In this document: positions 9,633 to 23,851 of the stretch, piece by piece
How the letters are laid out: each line of letters begins with the position of its first letter
Position numbering within the stretch: the stretch's first letter is position 1
NCBI GenBank assembly: GCA_903861645.1
Contig: CAIOVE010000065.1
Span: forward strand, 138 to 64,137
Direction: 5' to 3'
Source: an uncultured Hyphomicrobiales bacterium
GTDB taxonomy: Bacteria > Pseudomonadota > Alphaproteobacteria > Rhizobiales > Beijerinckiaceae
Length of the DNA: 64,000 bases
Notes under the pieces: generated by a model
What the model saw: only the letters and a program-made list of their open reading frames with translations
Told to the model about the DNA's origin: nothing
Database searches by the model: none
Program-made: the position numbers and the translations under genes

Positions 9633-10838
9633 TCAGGCGATGTCGAGCGTGATCTTCTGGATCACGTTGTGATGGTAGCCGGGCGGATTGAAGATCGCCG
9701 TCGACACCTGCGTCTGGCCGGCCTTGTTCGTCGCCCGCGCCATGACCGACAGCTTGCCGCGCCGCGGCTTGCCGAGCGCGAAGCTGAACGTCCGGAACGA
9801 GAAGCGACCAAGGTCGGGCCCGAGCGTCGCCTCGCGCCAGCTTTTTCCGTCGTCGGTCGATACCTCGACGCGCGCCACGCCGCGGCCGCTGTCCCACGCG
9901 ACGCCGCCGATCGACAGCGAGGCGCCGGCCCTGGCCTTCGCGCCATCCGCATGGCTGGTGATCAGCGAATTCACCATCATCTCGGTGATCGGCGTATTGG
10001 CTGGCGTTTCCTGGCTGATGAAACGATCCGTCGAGGGAAACAGGCCTAGCGGCACCCGATAGGCGGACTTCATCCAGAATCCGTCGAAGGGCTTGTCGGA
10101 GAAACTGATCTCCGTGATGTGTTTCATCCAGTAGGTCGCGGTCCAGCCGGGCGCGATGAGGCGCGCGGGAAACCCGTTCCAGTGGGGCAGGGGCGCGCCG
10201 TTCATTTCGTAGGCGACGATGGTGTTTTCATCGAGCGCCTTCCAGATGGGCAGGCTCTTGACGAAGTTAGGCGTTTTCGGATTGACCGCGCCATCCGCGC
10301 CGCGGAACACGATCTCGATCGCCTCCTTGGGAACGCCCGCCTTCTCCAGAATGTCCTTCAGGCGCGCGCCCTTCCAGCGGGCGTTGCCCATCGCGCCATA
10401 GCCCCATTCGACGCCCGGCACGTGCGGCTGCGACAGGCCGCGCCGGTTGCCCGAGCATTGACAGACCGCCGTCACCTCGACCGCGGGATAGTCGCGCTTG
10501 AGGTCGTCGAGCGTCAGCGTCAGCGGATTGGCGCCGCCGCCGATTTTCAGGGACCATTTGGCCGCGTCCACCTGGGGAATGTCGGCGAGGTGGTAGCGCA
10601 CGAAAAACGCGTCGTTCGGCGTGATGGCGTCGCGGAAATACTCGACCGGCGTCTCGAAGTTCGGCGGACGATAGGACAGCTTGATGAGCGGCTTCTTGCC
10701 CGGCAGCGCCTCCAGCGGGGCGTTGTCGACCACGCCCGCGGGCACGCCGGGCGAAACCGGGGCCATGGCGAGCGCGGCGCTCGCCCTCATGGTCGCGAGG
10801 CCGGCGGCTCCCGCCAGCAGGCTGCGTCTGTCCATCAT
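9633..10838 (-). CDS. sorA: Sulfite:cytochrome c oxidoreductase molybdopterin subunit
   Basis: Tat signal MMDRRSLL, FFVRYH, CQCSGNRR Moco cysteine, HWNGFPARL, GVAWDSG; RBS AAGGAGG. Confidence 0.9.
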   Translation of the reverse strand: MMDRRSLLAGAAGLATMRASAALAMAPVSPGVPAGVVDNAPLEALPGKKPLIKLSYRPPNFETPVEYFRDAITPNDAFFVRYHLADIPQVDAAKWSLKIGGGANPLTLTLDDLKRDYPAVEVTAVCQCSGNRRGLSQPHVPGVEWGYGAMGNARWKGARLKDILEKAGVPKEAIEIVFRGADGAVNPKTPNFVKSLPIWKALDENTIVAYEMNGAPLPHWNGFPARLIAPGWTATYWMKHITEISFSDKPFDGFWMKSAYRVPLGLFPSTDRFISQETPANTPITEMMVNSLITSHADGAKARAGASLSIGGVAWDSGRGVARVEVSTDDGKSWREATLGPDLGRFSFRTFSFALGKPRRGKLSVMARATNKAGQTQVSTAIFNPPGYHHNVIQKITLDIA

Positions 10839-10926
10839 GCGTTCCTCCTTGAGGACTGGTTGAGCGTTTTTAATTCTAATCAAAACAGTCGGAATTAGGC
10901 AAGTCGACAAAAAATGGCGAAGACCT

Positions 10927-10955
10927 CTTGCGACCGGCGGGGCCGGCTCCCATTT
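10927..10955 (+). promoter_or_regulatory. RpoH (sigma32)-type promoter of ibpA
   Basis: CTTG (10927-10930)-N18-CCCATTT (10949-10955). Confidence 0.65.
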
Positions 10956-11021
10956 CCTCCCTGCGCGGGCCAATTCGGACGCGCGTTCAGCGGCGCCCCG
11001 CTCTCAGGGGGCCGGGCGTCG

Positions 11022-11048
11022 AGTCGCTTCTCAGGAGGACTTTACATG
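11022..11048 (+). promoter_or_regulatory. ROSE-type RNA thermometer, SD-sequestering hairpin
   Basis: AGUC-G-CUUC-UCA-GGAGGACU pairs the Shine-Dalgarno with a bulged G in UCGCU, directly before the sHSP ATG at 11046. Confidence 0.8.
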
Positions 11049-11528
11049 CGTACCTATGATCTGTCGCCTCTCTACCGTTCCACCGTCGGTTTCGACCGTC
11101 TGTTTTCCCTGCTTGATCAGGTGACGGGCCCCGAGCAGGCGCCCACCTATCCGCCCTACAATATCGAGCGCACGGGCGAGAATAATTATCGCATCAGCGT
11201 CGCCGTGGCCGGGTTCGAGGAATCCGAACTGACCATCGAGACGAAGGACAACACGCTGCTGATCCGCGGCTCCCGCGAGGTCAAGGCGCCGGAAGCCGAG
11301 GCCGCCCAGCCCCGCACCGAGGTGCTCTATCAGGGCATCGCCGCCCGCGCCTTCGAGCGTCGCTTTCAGCTCGCCGACCACGTACAGGTGACCGGCGCCA
11401 GCCTGCGCAACGGCCTGTTGCATGTCGAGCTCGTGCATGAGGTGCCGGAAGCGCGCAAGCCGCGCCGCATCGAGATCGGATCGTCCGCCCCGCGTGTCGT
11501 CGAGGCCGACGCCCGCAAGGCGGCGTAG
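11046..11528 (+). CDS. ibpA: Small heat-shock protein Hsp20
   Basis: MRTYDLSPLYRSTVGFDRL, YPPYNIE, LYQGIAARAFERRFQLAD, NGLLHVEL. Confidence 0.95.
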   Translation: MRTYDLSPLYRSTVGFDRLFSLLDQVTGPEQAPTYPPYNIERTGENNYRISVAVAGFEESELTIETKDNTLLIRGSREVKAPEAEAAQPRTEVLYQGIAARAFERRFQLADHVQVTGASLRNGLLHVELVHEVPEARKPRRIEIGSSAPRVVEADARKAA

Positions 11529-11551
11529 TCCGGTTCACCCGGTCAATAACG

Positions 11552-11579
11552 AAAGGGCGCCCGTCGGGGCGCCCTTTTT
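11552..11579. terminator. Bidirectional intrinsic terminator
   Basis: AAAGGGCGCCC-gtcg-GGGCGCCCTTT(TT) between convergent genes. Confidence 0.9.
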
Positions 11580-11600
11580 GTTTGCCTGAACCCGCGCGCC

Positions 11601-12311
11601 TCAGTCGAGCGGATTGATCGGCACGCCGTTGGCGTAGCCAGCCTTGGGCGCCGGTGGCGCGACGGGCGGCTTGGCGACGGGGGGCTTGGGGGCGGGCGCG
11701 GTGTCGGCGACGGCGGGCTGCGGTTCGCTTCTGGCCGCCGGCGCCGGGGTTTTGGCCGGCGCGGGCATGGGCGGGTTCGCCGCGGGCGTTTCAACGACGG
11801 GCGGTTGGGCGGGCGTCGAGCGGGCAACCTTTTTGGGCGCTTTTGGCTTGCCCGGTTGCGGCGCCTCTGCGGCGGGCGGCCTTGCGCGTTGCGCGGGCAG
11901 GGGCGCCGCGTCGCCATTTTCGAGATAACCCGTGCTTGGTCCCCGAACGACCGGAGCGTCGCCGAATTCGGAGTCGCGCGTCAGCGGGCGCGCCGGCCGC
12001 GGCTCGGTCGAGGCGAACTTTTGCAGGATCGCGCCATCGACCGGGTCGATCACCAGCCGGGCGCGCCGACCGCCCTGATCGATCACATCGGCGAGCACCA
12101 CGTCGCCATTGAACCGCAGCGGACCGAGTAGACTGTAGCCCATGCGCCGCAGGCGGTATTCCACCGCGCGGGGCGGCGCGGCGGGCCGGGTCTCGGGAAA
12201 GGTCCGGGCGCCGAACCAGCCAAAGAACTGGGCGCGCGCCGGCGTGCTGGCGGCCAGCGTGGCCATGGCGGCCAGCGCGATCAGGCCCTTGCGCGAAGCA
12301 TGCTGAATCAT
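11601..12311 (-). CDS. Exported protein with PepSY-like domain and Pro/Ala-rich tail
   Basis: Signal peptide ending ARA-Q, LRRMGY...RARLVIDPVDGAIL segment, long Pro-rich region, terminal PINPLD. Confidence 0.65.
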   Translation of the reverse strand: MIQHASRKGLIALAAMATLAASTPARAQFFGWFGARTFPETRPAAPPRAVEYRLRRMGYSLLGPLRFNGDVVLADVIDQGGRRARLVIDPVDGAILQKFASTEPRPARPLTRDSEFGDAPVVRGPSTGYLENGDAAPLPAQRARPPAAEAPQPGKPKAPKKVARSTPAQPPVVETPAANPPMPAPAKTPAPAARSEPQPAVADTAPAPKPPVAKPPVAPPAPKAGYANGVPINPLD

Positions 12312-12399
12312 GGTCCACTCCCGATGGACCCGCGCGACGCGGGCCGTGGCGTTCGAGGTCATCTATCCCCCCGATTAAGGCAAGTATGGGACGGAAATA

Positions 12400-13464
12400 T
12401 CACGCGAGCGCGCCGGCCGCCGTCGCGATGAACGCGTCGACCTCCTCGATCGTCGTGGCGAAGGACGAGACCAGCCGCAGTTGAATTTCGTCCGGCGAAA
12501 GGCTGTCGACGTCCTCCAGACCGCGGACGCCCCAGTCGTAATAGCGCGCGCCCGCCGTCTTCAGCGCCGCCTCGGCGACGCGCGGCAGGATCGCGAAAAC
12601 CTCGTTGGCTTCGCAACCATGGGGTATGCGCGCGCCGGGCAGCCCCGCCAGTCCCCGCGCCAGCCGGCGCGCCATGGCGTTGGCGCGGGTCGCGAGTTCG
12701 AGCCAGTGGCCATCGGCCAGATAGGCCCCCATCTGCGCGCCGAGGTAGCGCCCCTTGGACATCGTGTGCCCCGCGCGCTTGCGGCGATAGGCGAAATCGA
12801 TGGCGCGGGCGGGGTCGAAGAACACCACCGCCTCGCAGAACAACGTGCCGTTCTTGCTGGCGCCGAAGGACAGGACATCGACCCCGGTCTTCCATGTCAT
12901 TTGCGCCGGCGTCGCGCCAAGCGCGACGATCGCGTTGGCGAAGCGCGCGCCATCCATGTGCACCCTCACGCCCGACGCGTGGGCGAGATCCGCGAGGGCG
13001 GCGATTTCGTCGATCGAATAGAGCGTGCCGCTCTCGCTCGCCTGGGTGATCGACAGGGCCGCCGGCTGGGTCTGCTTGACCAGCCCGCGCGGATAGGCGC
13101 GCAGGGCGGCGCGCAACATGTCGGGCGCGATCTTGCCGCGCGCGCCGGGCAGCCCGACCAGCTTGGCGCCGGCGGTGAAAAACTCCGGCGCGCCGCATTC
13201 GTCGTCCATCACATGGGCGTCGTGGTGGCAGAAGATCGTCCCCCACGGCGGCGTCAGCGCCGCGAGCGCCAGCGCGTTGGCCGCCGTTCCCGTGGGCACG
13301 AGAAACACGGCGCAGTCGCGCTCGAACAGATTCGAGACGGCGATTTCGGCACCCGCCGTCCAGGGATCGGCGCCATAGGGCGTCGCCGGTCCCTCGTTGG
13401 CGGCGATCAACGCCTCCAGAACTTTCGGCGACGCGCCGGATGCGTTATCGCTGGAAAAATTCAT
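12400..13464 (-). CDS. ltaE: Low-specificity L-threonine aldolase
   Basis: MNFSSDN, TGTAANALAL, VHMDGARFANA, SFGASKNG (PLP lysine). Confidence 0.9.
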   Translation of the reverse strand: MNFSSDNASGASPKVLEALIAANEGPATPYGADPWTAGAEIAVSNLFERDCAVFLVPTGTAANALALAALTPPWGTIFCHHDAHVMDDECGAPEFFTAGAKLVGLPGARGKIAPDMLRAALRAYPRGLVKQTQPAALSITQASESGTLYSIDEIAALADLAHASGVRVHMDGARFANAIVALGATPAQMTWKTGVDVLSFGASKNGTLFCEAVVFFDPARAIDFAYRRKRAGHTMSKGRYLGAQMGAYLADGHWLELATRANAMARRLARGLAGLPGARIPHGCEANEVFAILPRVAEAALKTAGARYYDWGVRGLEDVDSLSPDEIQLRLVSSFATTIEEVDAFIATAAGALA

Positions 13465-13771
13465 GCGGGCCGGCCATCGCTCGGGGAACCTTCGGGCGAT
13501 GTTGTGGCTTTTTCGACTCGCCTTCGCAATGCCGCGCCGTCAAAACCCCGCGACACGCCTAATTTCGCGGCGTCGCCCGCTTGTGCCCGAAATATAAATC
13601 TGCGATTGTCGCGATCCACGAATAGGACAGGGTTGCTGACCATTCCCTGTTCCTAGGCGTGGCGCGATTGAACCTTCCATGCAAGATGGGCCGGACCGAT
13701 GGGTCGGGCGGGATTTGACGGGGCGCGGCGCGATGGCCGCGGAGGTTGAATTCCCGCGGGGCCAGGAAGCC

Positions 13772-13787
13772 GGGCGCGGATATTGCT
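13772..13787 (+). promoter_or_regulatory. Candidate sigma54 promoter upstream of gltB
   Basis: GGGCGCG-GATA-TTGCT, exact GG-N10-GC spacing. Confidence 0.4.
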
Positions 13788-13825
13788 AGCAACATGGACG
13801 GCCAGGAGCCGGTTGGAGCGTGGGA

Positions 13826-18628
<4,803 letters not shown>

Positions 18629-18631
18629 GTC

Positions 18632-20053
18632 ATGGGCAAGGTAACGGGTTTCCTCGAAATCGACCGGCAGGATCGCAAGTACAAGCCGGCCGCCGACCGC
18701 ATCCGCCACTACCGCGAATTCGTCATCCCGCTCAGCGAGGAGGCGACGACGCAGCAGGCGGCGCGCTGCATGAACTGCGGCATTCCCTACTGCCACAACG
18801 GCTGTCCGGTGAATAACCAGATCCCCGACTGGAACGATCTCGTCTATCGCAACGAGTGGGAAGAGGCCTGCCGCAATCTCCACTCGACCAACAACTTCCC
18901 CGAGTTCACCGGGCGCATTTGCCCGGCGCCTTGCGAGGCGTCGTGCACGCTGAACATCGAGGACACGCCGGTCACCATCAAGACAATCGAATGCGCGATC
19001 GTCGATCGCGGCTTCAAGCAGGGCTGGATCAAGCCAGAGGCGCCGACGAAATCGACCGGCAAGAAGATCGCCGTCGTCGGCTCGGGGCCCGCGGGCCTCG
19101 CCTGCGCGCAGCAACTGCGCCGCGCCGGCCACGAGGTGCATGTCTACGAGAAGAACGCCTTCCCCGGCGGCCTGCTGCGTTACGGCATTCCCGACTTCAA
19201 GCTCGAGAAGACCGTGGTCGAGCGCCGCGTCGGCCAGATGACCGCCGAGGGCGTCGTGTTCCATTGCGGCGTCAACGTCGGCGTCGACGTGAGCGTGGAC
19301 AAGCTCGTGGCCGACTACGACGCCGTCGCGCTGGCGGGCGGTTCGGAATCGCCGCGCGATCTGAAAATCCCCGGCCGCGAACTCGCGGGCGTGCATTTCG
19401 CCATGGAGTTCCTGCCGCAGCAGAACCGCCGCGTGTCGGAAGAGCCGTTGCAGACCAACGAGCAGATTCTGGCGAGCGGCAAGAATGTCGTCGTCATCGG
19501 CGGCGGCGACACGGGCTCCGACTGCATCGGCACCTCGGTGCGGCAGGGCGCGCTCAAGGTCACCCAGTTCGAAATCATGCCGACGCCGCCGGTGAAGGAA
19601 AACAAGCTCCTGAACTGGCCCGACTGGCCGCTCAAGTTGCGCACCTCCTCCAGCCACGAGGAAGGCGCGGAGCGCGAGTTCGCCGTCAACACGGTCGCGT
19701 TCCTCGGCGACGAGAGCGGCGCGTTGCGGGCGCTGAAATGCGTGCGCGTCGACGGCAAGTTCCAGCCGATCGCGGGCACCGAGTTCGAAATCAAGGCCGA
19801 GCTTGCCTTGCTGGCCATGGGCTTTGTCGCCCCCGTGCACGACGGCTTGCTGAACGCGCTCGGCGTCAAGTACGACGCGCGCGGCAACGTGGCCGCCGAC
19901 ACGCGCGCCTATAAATCGTCGGTCGAGAAGGTCTGGGCCTGCGGCGACATGCGTCGCGGCCAGTCGCTGGTCGTCTGGGCCATTCGCGAGGGTCGCCAGT
20001 GCGCCGCGTCCATCGACGAGCACCTGATGGGCGCGACCACGCTGCCGCGCTGA
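18632..20053 (+). CDS. gltD: Glutamate synthase small subunit
   Basis: [54 protein letters not shown]. Confidence 0.97.
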   Translation: MGKVTGFLEIDRQDRKYKPAADRIRHYREFVIPLSEEATTQQAARCMNCGIPYCHNGCPVNNQIPDWNDLVYRNEWEEACRNLHSTNNFPEFTGRICPAPCEASCTLNIEDTPVTIKTIECAIVDRGFKQGWIKPEAPTKSTGKKIAVVGSGPAGLACAQQLRRAGHEVHVYEKNAFPGGLLRYGIPDFKLEKTVVERRVGQMTAEGVVFHCGVNVGVDVSVDKLVADYDAVALAGGSESPRDLKIPGRELAGVHFAMEFLPQQNRRVSEEPLQTNEQILASGKNVVVIGGGDTGSDCIGTSVRQGALKVTQFEIMPTPPVKENKLLNWPDWPLKLRTSSSHEEGAEREFAVNTVAFLGDESGALRALKCVRVDGKFQPIAGTEFEIKAELALLAMGFVAPVHDGLLNALGVKYDARGNVAADTRAYKSSVEKVWACGDMRRGQSLVVWAIREGRQCAASIDEHLMGATTLPR

Positions 20054-20069
20054 ATCTTGGTCGGCGTCC

Positions 20070-20975
20070 CTATGGGGCGCCGACGCGCAGGCGTTCCCTC
20101 AGTCGCGGCGCGACGAAATCGATGAACGCTCGTGTTTTCCGGGGCAGCAGCGTTCGCGCCGGGTAGATCAGATGCACGGGCCATGGATCGGGCTCGTACG
20201 CATCGAGAACCGTGGCGAGCGCGCCGGAAGCGAAGGCCTCGACGGTCTGGTAGGACAGGACGCGGGTGACGCCGATGCCGGCGATGGCCGCGTCGATCGC
20301 CGCTTCCGTGGTGTTGACGCGCAAGCGAAATCGCGGCGCGACGCTGAGCGACCGTGCGCCATCCCTGAAAACCCATCCATCCGGCTGCGTCATGCCCTCG
20401 TAGGCGACGCCATCATGCGCGCCGAGATCGTCTGGATGCGCGGGTGTTCCCCGTGACGCGAAATAGGCGGGACTGCCGCAGACGACGCGCCTGATCACGC
20501 CCAGCCGCGTGGCGGTCAGCCCGCTGTCGGGCAAGGCGCCAATGCGAATGGCGAGATCGACGTGCTCCTCCTGGAGATTGACCAGCCGGTCGCCCTGGAC
20601 GAGGCGTATCGAAATATTCGAATGGGCGGCGAGAAAAGCCGTCGCCAGCGGCAGAACATGCAATCGACCCAGAACAATGGGCGCCGCGATGGTCAGGTCG
20701 CCGCGCGGTTCGCTATATTCGCCCGCCGCGGCGCGCTCGGCCTCGGCGACCTGTTCCAGAATACTCTTGCTGGCCAGCACGTAGGATTGGCCCGCGTCCG
20801 TGAGGGTCAACTTGCGGCTCGAACGCCGCAGCAGTTGCGCGCCGAGCCGCGCCTCGAGATCGGACACCTTTCGGCTCACCGTGGCGAGCGGCATGCCAAG
20901 TCGTCGCCCGGCGGCCGAGAGACTTCCGGCCTCGACCGCCTCAAGCAGGATCGACATGGCTTCCAGCCGGTCCAT
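20070..20975 (-). CDS. LysR-family transcriptional regulator
   Basis: MDRLEAM...GSLSAAGRRL...VSRKVSDLEARLG HTH; divergent from the AhpD-like gene. Confidence 0.93.
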   Translation of the reverse strand: MDRLEAMSILLEAVEAGSLSAAGRRLGMPLATVSRKVSDLEARLGAQLLRRSSRKLTLTDAGQSYVLASKSILEQVAEAERAAAGEYSEPRGDLTIAAPIVLGRLHVLPLATAFLAAHSNISIRLVQGDRLVNLQEEHVDLAIRIGALPDSGLTATRLGVIRRVVCGSPAYFASRGTPAHPDDLGAHDGVAYEGMTQPDGWVFRDGARSLSVAPRFRLRVNTTEAAIDAAIAGIGVTRVLSYQTVEAFASGALATVLDAYEPDPWPVHLIYPARTLLPRKTRAFIDFVAPRLRERLRVGAP

Positions 20976-21090
20976 TTAGTTTCCAGTTTTCGGTAGGATG
21001 GTTCCTTATATTGGCGCCTGACGCATTTATTTGGAAGGCTCTAGTTTCGGATCACCGGCCGCGATGGCCGCATCCGCCAAGGAGCCCGTC

Positions 21091-21642
21091 ATGTCCCGCA
21101 TTGCCATTCCCGCTACTATCGCCGCCGCGCCGACCGACTCCCAGCCGCTTCTGGAGGCGGTCCACAAGCAGCTTGGCGTCACGCCCAACCTGTTCCGTCT
21201 CGTGGGCGTCAGCCCCGCCGCCCTCGCGGGCTACCTTGGCCTGTCCGGCGCGCTGGGCAAGGGCGCGTTGCCCGCCGCCGCCCGCGAGCGCATCGCGCTG
21301 GCCGTCGCCGAAATCAATGGTTGCGGCTACTGTCTCGCGGCGCACGCCTATCTCGGCAAGAACCTGGCGCGGCTGGACGACGCCGAGATCGAGGCCAACC
21401 GGCGCGGCGGCTCGCATGACGCGAAGGCGGACGCCGCCGTGACCTTCGCCGCGAGGGTCACGCGCCAGCGCGGCCATGTGGAAGCCGCCGATCTCAACGC
21501 CCTGAAACTCGCCGGCTACGATGACGCGCAGGCGATCGAGATCGTCGCGCATGTCGCGCTGAACACGCTGACCAATTACGTCAACGAGGTTTTCGCCACC
21601 GACGTCGACTTTCCCGTCGCCGCGCCGCTGCTGGCGGCCTGA
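21091..21642 (+). CDS. AhpD-like / carboxymuconolactone decarboxylase family protein
   Basis: RERIALAVAEINGCGYCLAAH (CxxC-x3-H). Confidence 0.9.
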   Translation: MSRIAIPATIAAAPTDSQPLLEAVHKQLGVTPNLFRLVGVSPAALAGYLGLSGALGKGALPAAARERIALAVAEINGCGYCLAAHAYLGKNLARLDDAEIEANRRGGSHDAKADAAVTFAARVTRQRGHVEAADLNALKLAGYDDAQAIEIVAHVALNTLTNYVNEVFATDVDFPVAAPLLAA

Positions 21643-21711
21643 ACCATGCAGGGTGGCCGCCGGGACGCCGAGCCCGGCGGTGGCCTTCACATCGTGAAAT
21701 GGAGCACAGTC

Positions 21712-22176
21712 ATGAGCCGACCGCCTCTGCCGCCCTTCACCGCCGAAACCGCCGCGCAAAAAGCCCGCATGGCCGAGGACGCCTGGAACGGGCGCGATCC
21801 CGCGCGCGTCGCGCTCGCCTATAGCGTCGACAGCCGGTGGCGCAATCGCGCCGAGTTCCTCGAGGGCCGCCCGGCCATCGAGGCGTTCCTGACGCGCAAA
21901 TGGCATCGCGAACTCGATTACCGCCTGATCAAGGAAGTCTGGGCCTTTCGCGACAATCGCATCGCCGTTCGCTTCGCCTATGAATGGCGGGACGATAGCG
22001 GCCACTGGTTTCGTAGCTTCGGCAACGAAAACTGGGAGTTCGACGCGGAAGGCCTCATGCGCCTGCGCATCGCCAGCATCAACGACGCGCCGATCGCGGA
22101 AGCGGACCGCAAGTTCCACTGGCCCCTCGGTCGCCGGCCGGATGACCACTCCGGCTTGAGCGACCTCGGCCTCTAG
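21712..22176 (+). CDS. NTF2/SnoaL-like DUF1348 protein
   Basis: [10 protein letters not shown]...RMAEDAWN...[13 protein letters not shown]...GNENWEFD. Confidence 0.9.
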   Translation: MSRPPLPPFTAETAAQKARMAEDAWNGRDPARVALAYSVDSRWRNRAEFLEGRPAIEAFLTRKWHRELDYRLIKEVWAFRDNRIAVRFAYEWRDDSGHWFRSFGNENWEFDAEGLMRLRIASINDAPIAEADRKFHWPLGRRPDDHSGLSDLGL

Positions 22177-22212
22177 GCGGGAGCAGGGGCTCGCCCGTCG
22201 CGAAACGCGCCA

Positions 22213-22241
22213 TTGCGTCGCGCCCGGAAAGGGCGTATAAG
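22213..22241 (+). promoter_or_regulatory. sigma70-type promoter of rhlE
   Basis: TTGCGT-N17-TATAAG, implying a leader of about 160 nt. Confidence 0.6.
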
Positions 22242-22408
22242 ACTTTTGCTGCATCGCGGCAAAGGACTCCGGTCGCGTAGGCCGACTTAAGACAATCGGC
22301 GCGCCGTCGAGTCCCCTTTATCCCCCCAGACAGCCCAATCTACGCGGGGCGGTCCCAGCCCCGTCCCGGCGCGCGGATTCCGCTTGTCGGGCATTCGAAA
22401 GTATTTTT

Positions 22409-23770
22409 GTGACTCAATTCACGGACCTCGGCCTCGCCGAGCCCCTTCTTCGCGCCCTGACGCAGGAAGGCTACACGACCCCCACGCCGATCCAGGCCAA
22501 GGCCATTCCGCCGCTGTTGCAGAACAAGGATCTGCTCGGCATCGCACAGACGGGCACCGGCAAGACCGCGGCCTTCGCGCTGCCGATCATCAACCGCTTC
22601 CTGCTCAATCCGAAGCGGCCCGCCCCGAAGACGGCGCGCGCGCTGATCCTCGCTCCGACGCGCGAACTGGCCACCCAGATCGCCACGAGCTTTCGCGCCT
22701 ATGGGCGCTTCGCCGGCATTCGCGTCGCCATCGTCATCGGCGGCGTCAGCCCCGGCCCGCAGGCGCAGGCCATGGCGGGCGGCCTCGATGTTCTCGTGGC
22801 GACCCCCGGCCGCCTGCTCGACCACATGTCGACGGGCGCCGTGAAGCTGAACGAGACCGAGGTTCTCGTGCTCGACGAGGCCGATCACATGCTCGACCTC
22901 GGCTTCGTCGTGCCGATCCGCAAGATCCTGCAGAAGCTGCCGAAGGCGCGCCAGAGCCTGTTCTTCTCGGCGACCATGCCGCGCGAGATCGCCTCGCTGG
23001 CGTCGGAGATGCTGAGCAACCCGATCGAGGTCAAGGTGACCCCCGTCGCCGCGACCGCCGAGCGTGTCGCGCAGGAAGTCTTCCTGATCGAGACCGGCGG
23101 CAAGCCGGCGCTGCTCGCCGAACTGCTGCGCCGTCCCGGCTTCTCGCGCTCGATCGTCTTCACGCGCACCAAGCGCGGGGCGGATCGCGTCGCCAAGCAC
23201 ATTGAGGCCGCCGGCATCCCCGCGGCCGCCATCCACGGCAACAAGAGCCAGAACCAGCGCCAGCGCGCCCTCGACGACTTCAAGAAGGGCAAGACCGCCG
23301 TTCTCGTCGCCACCGACATCGCCGCCCGCGGCATCGACATCGACGACGTCAGCCACGTGGTGAACTTCGACCTGCCGGAAGTGCCCGAGGCTTACGTGCA
23401 CCGCATCGGCCGCACGGCGCGCGCGGGCAAGGAAGGCATCGCCATTTCGCTCTGCGCGCCCGACGAGCGCGCCCTGCTGCGGGCGATCGAGAAGCTGACC
23501 CGCCAGACCCTGCCGGTCGTCGACCGGCGCGGCACGCTGCCGTCGGTTTCGCTGAAGGGTCTCGTCGCCGAGCATCGCGATCCCCGCGCGGCGGCCACGG
23601 ATGGCCAGCGCGCCACCCGCGAGAACCAGAACCGTCCGTATCATCCGGCTCGTTCTGGTCCGCGCAACGGTCCGCGCCCCGAGGCGCGCGCCGGTGAACA
23701 GCGCGCCCCCAAGGCCGCCCGCGACAACCGGCGCCCCTATCCGGGCCCGCGCGCCGCGCAGCAGGTCTGA
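22409..23770 (+). CDS. rhlE: DEAD-box RNA helicase
   Basis: Q motif PTPIQ, AQTGTGKT, PTRELA, DEAD, SAT, HRIGRTAR; GTG start. Confidence 0.9.
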   Translation: MTQFTDLGLAEPLLRALTQEGYTTPTPIQAKAIPPLLQNKDLLGIAQTGTGKTAAFALPIINRFLLNPKRPAPKTARALILAPTRELATQIATSFRAYGRFAGIRVAIVIGGVSPGPQAQAMAGGLDVLVATPGRLLDHMSTGAVKLNETEVLVLDEADHMLDLGFVVPIRKILQKLPKARQSLFFSATMPREIASLASEMLSNPIEVKVTPVAATAERVAQEVFLIETGGKPALLAELLRRPGFSRSIVFTRTKRGADRVAKHIEAAGIPAAAIHGNKSQNQRQRALDDFKKGKTAVLVATDIAARGIDIDDVSHVVNFDLPEVPEAYVHRIGRTARAGKEGIAISLCAPDERALLRAIEKLTRQTLPVVDRRGTLPSVSLKGLVAEHRDPRAAATDGQRATRENQNRPYHPARSGPRNGPRPEARAGEQRAPKAARDNRRPYPGPRAAQQV

Positions 23771-23851
23771 TCCAACCGGCGCGATGCGCCGCATTGACCC
23801 GGTTCGCGCCGCCCGTTACCCAACGGAGGAACGCGAACCGGGAGAAACGCC

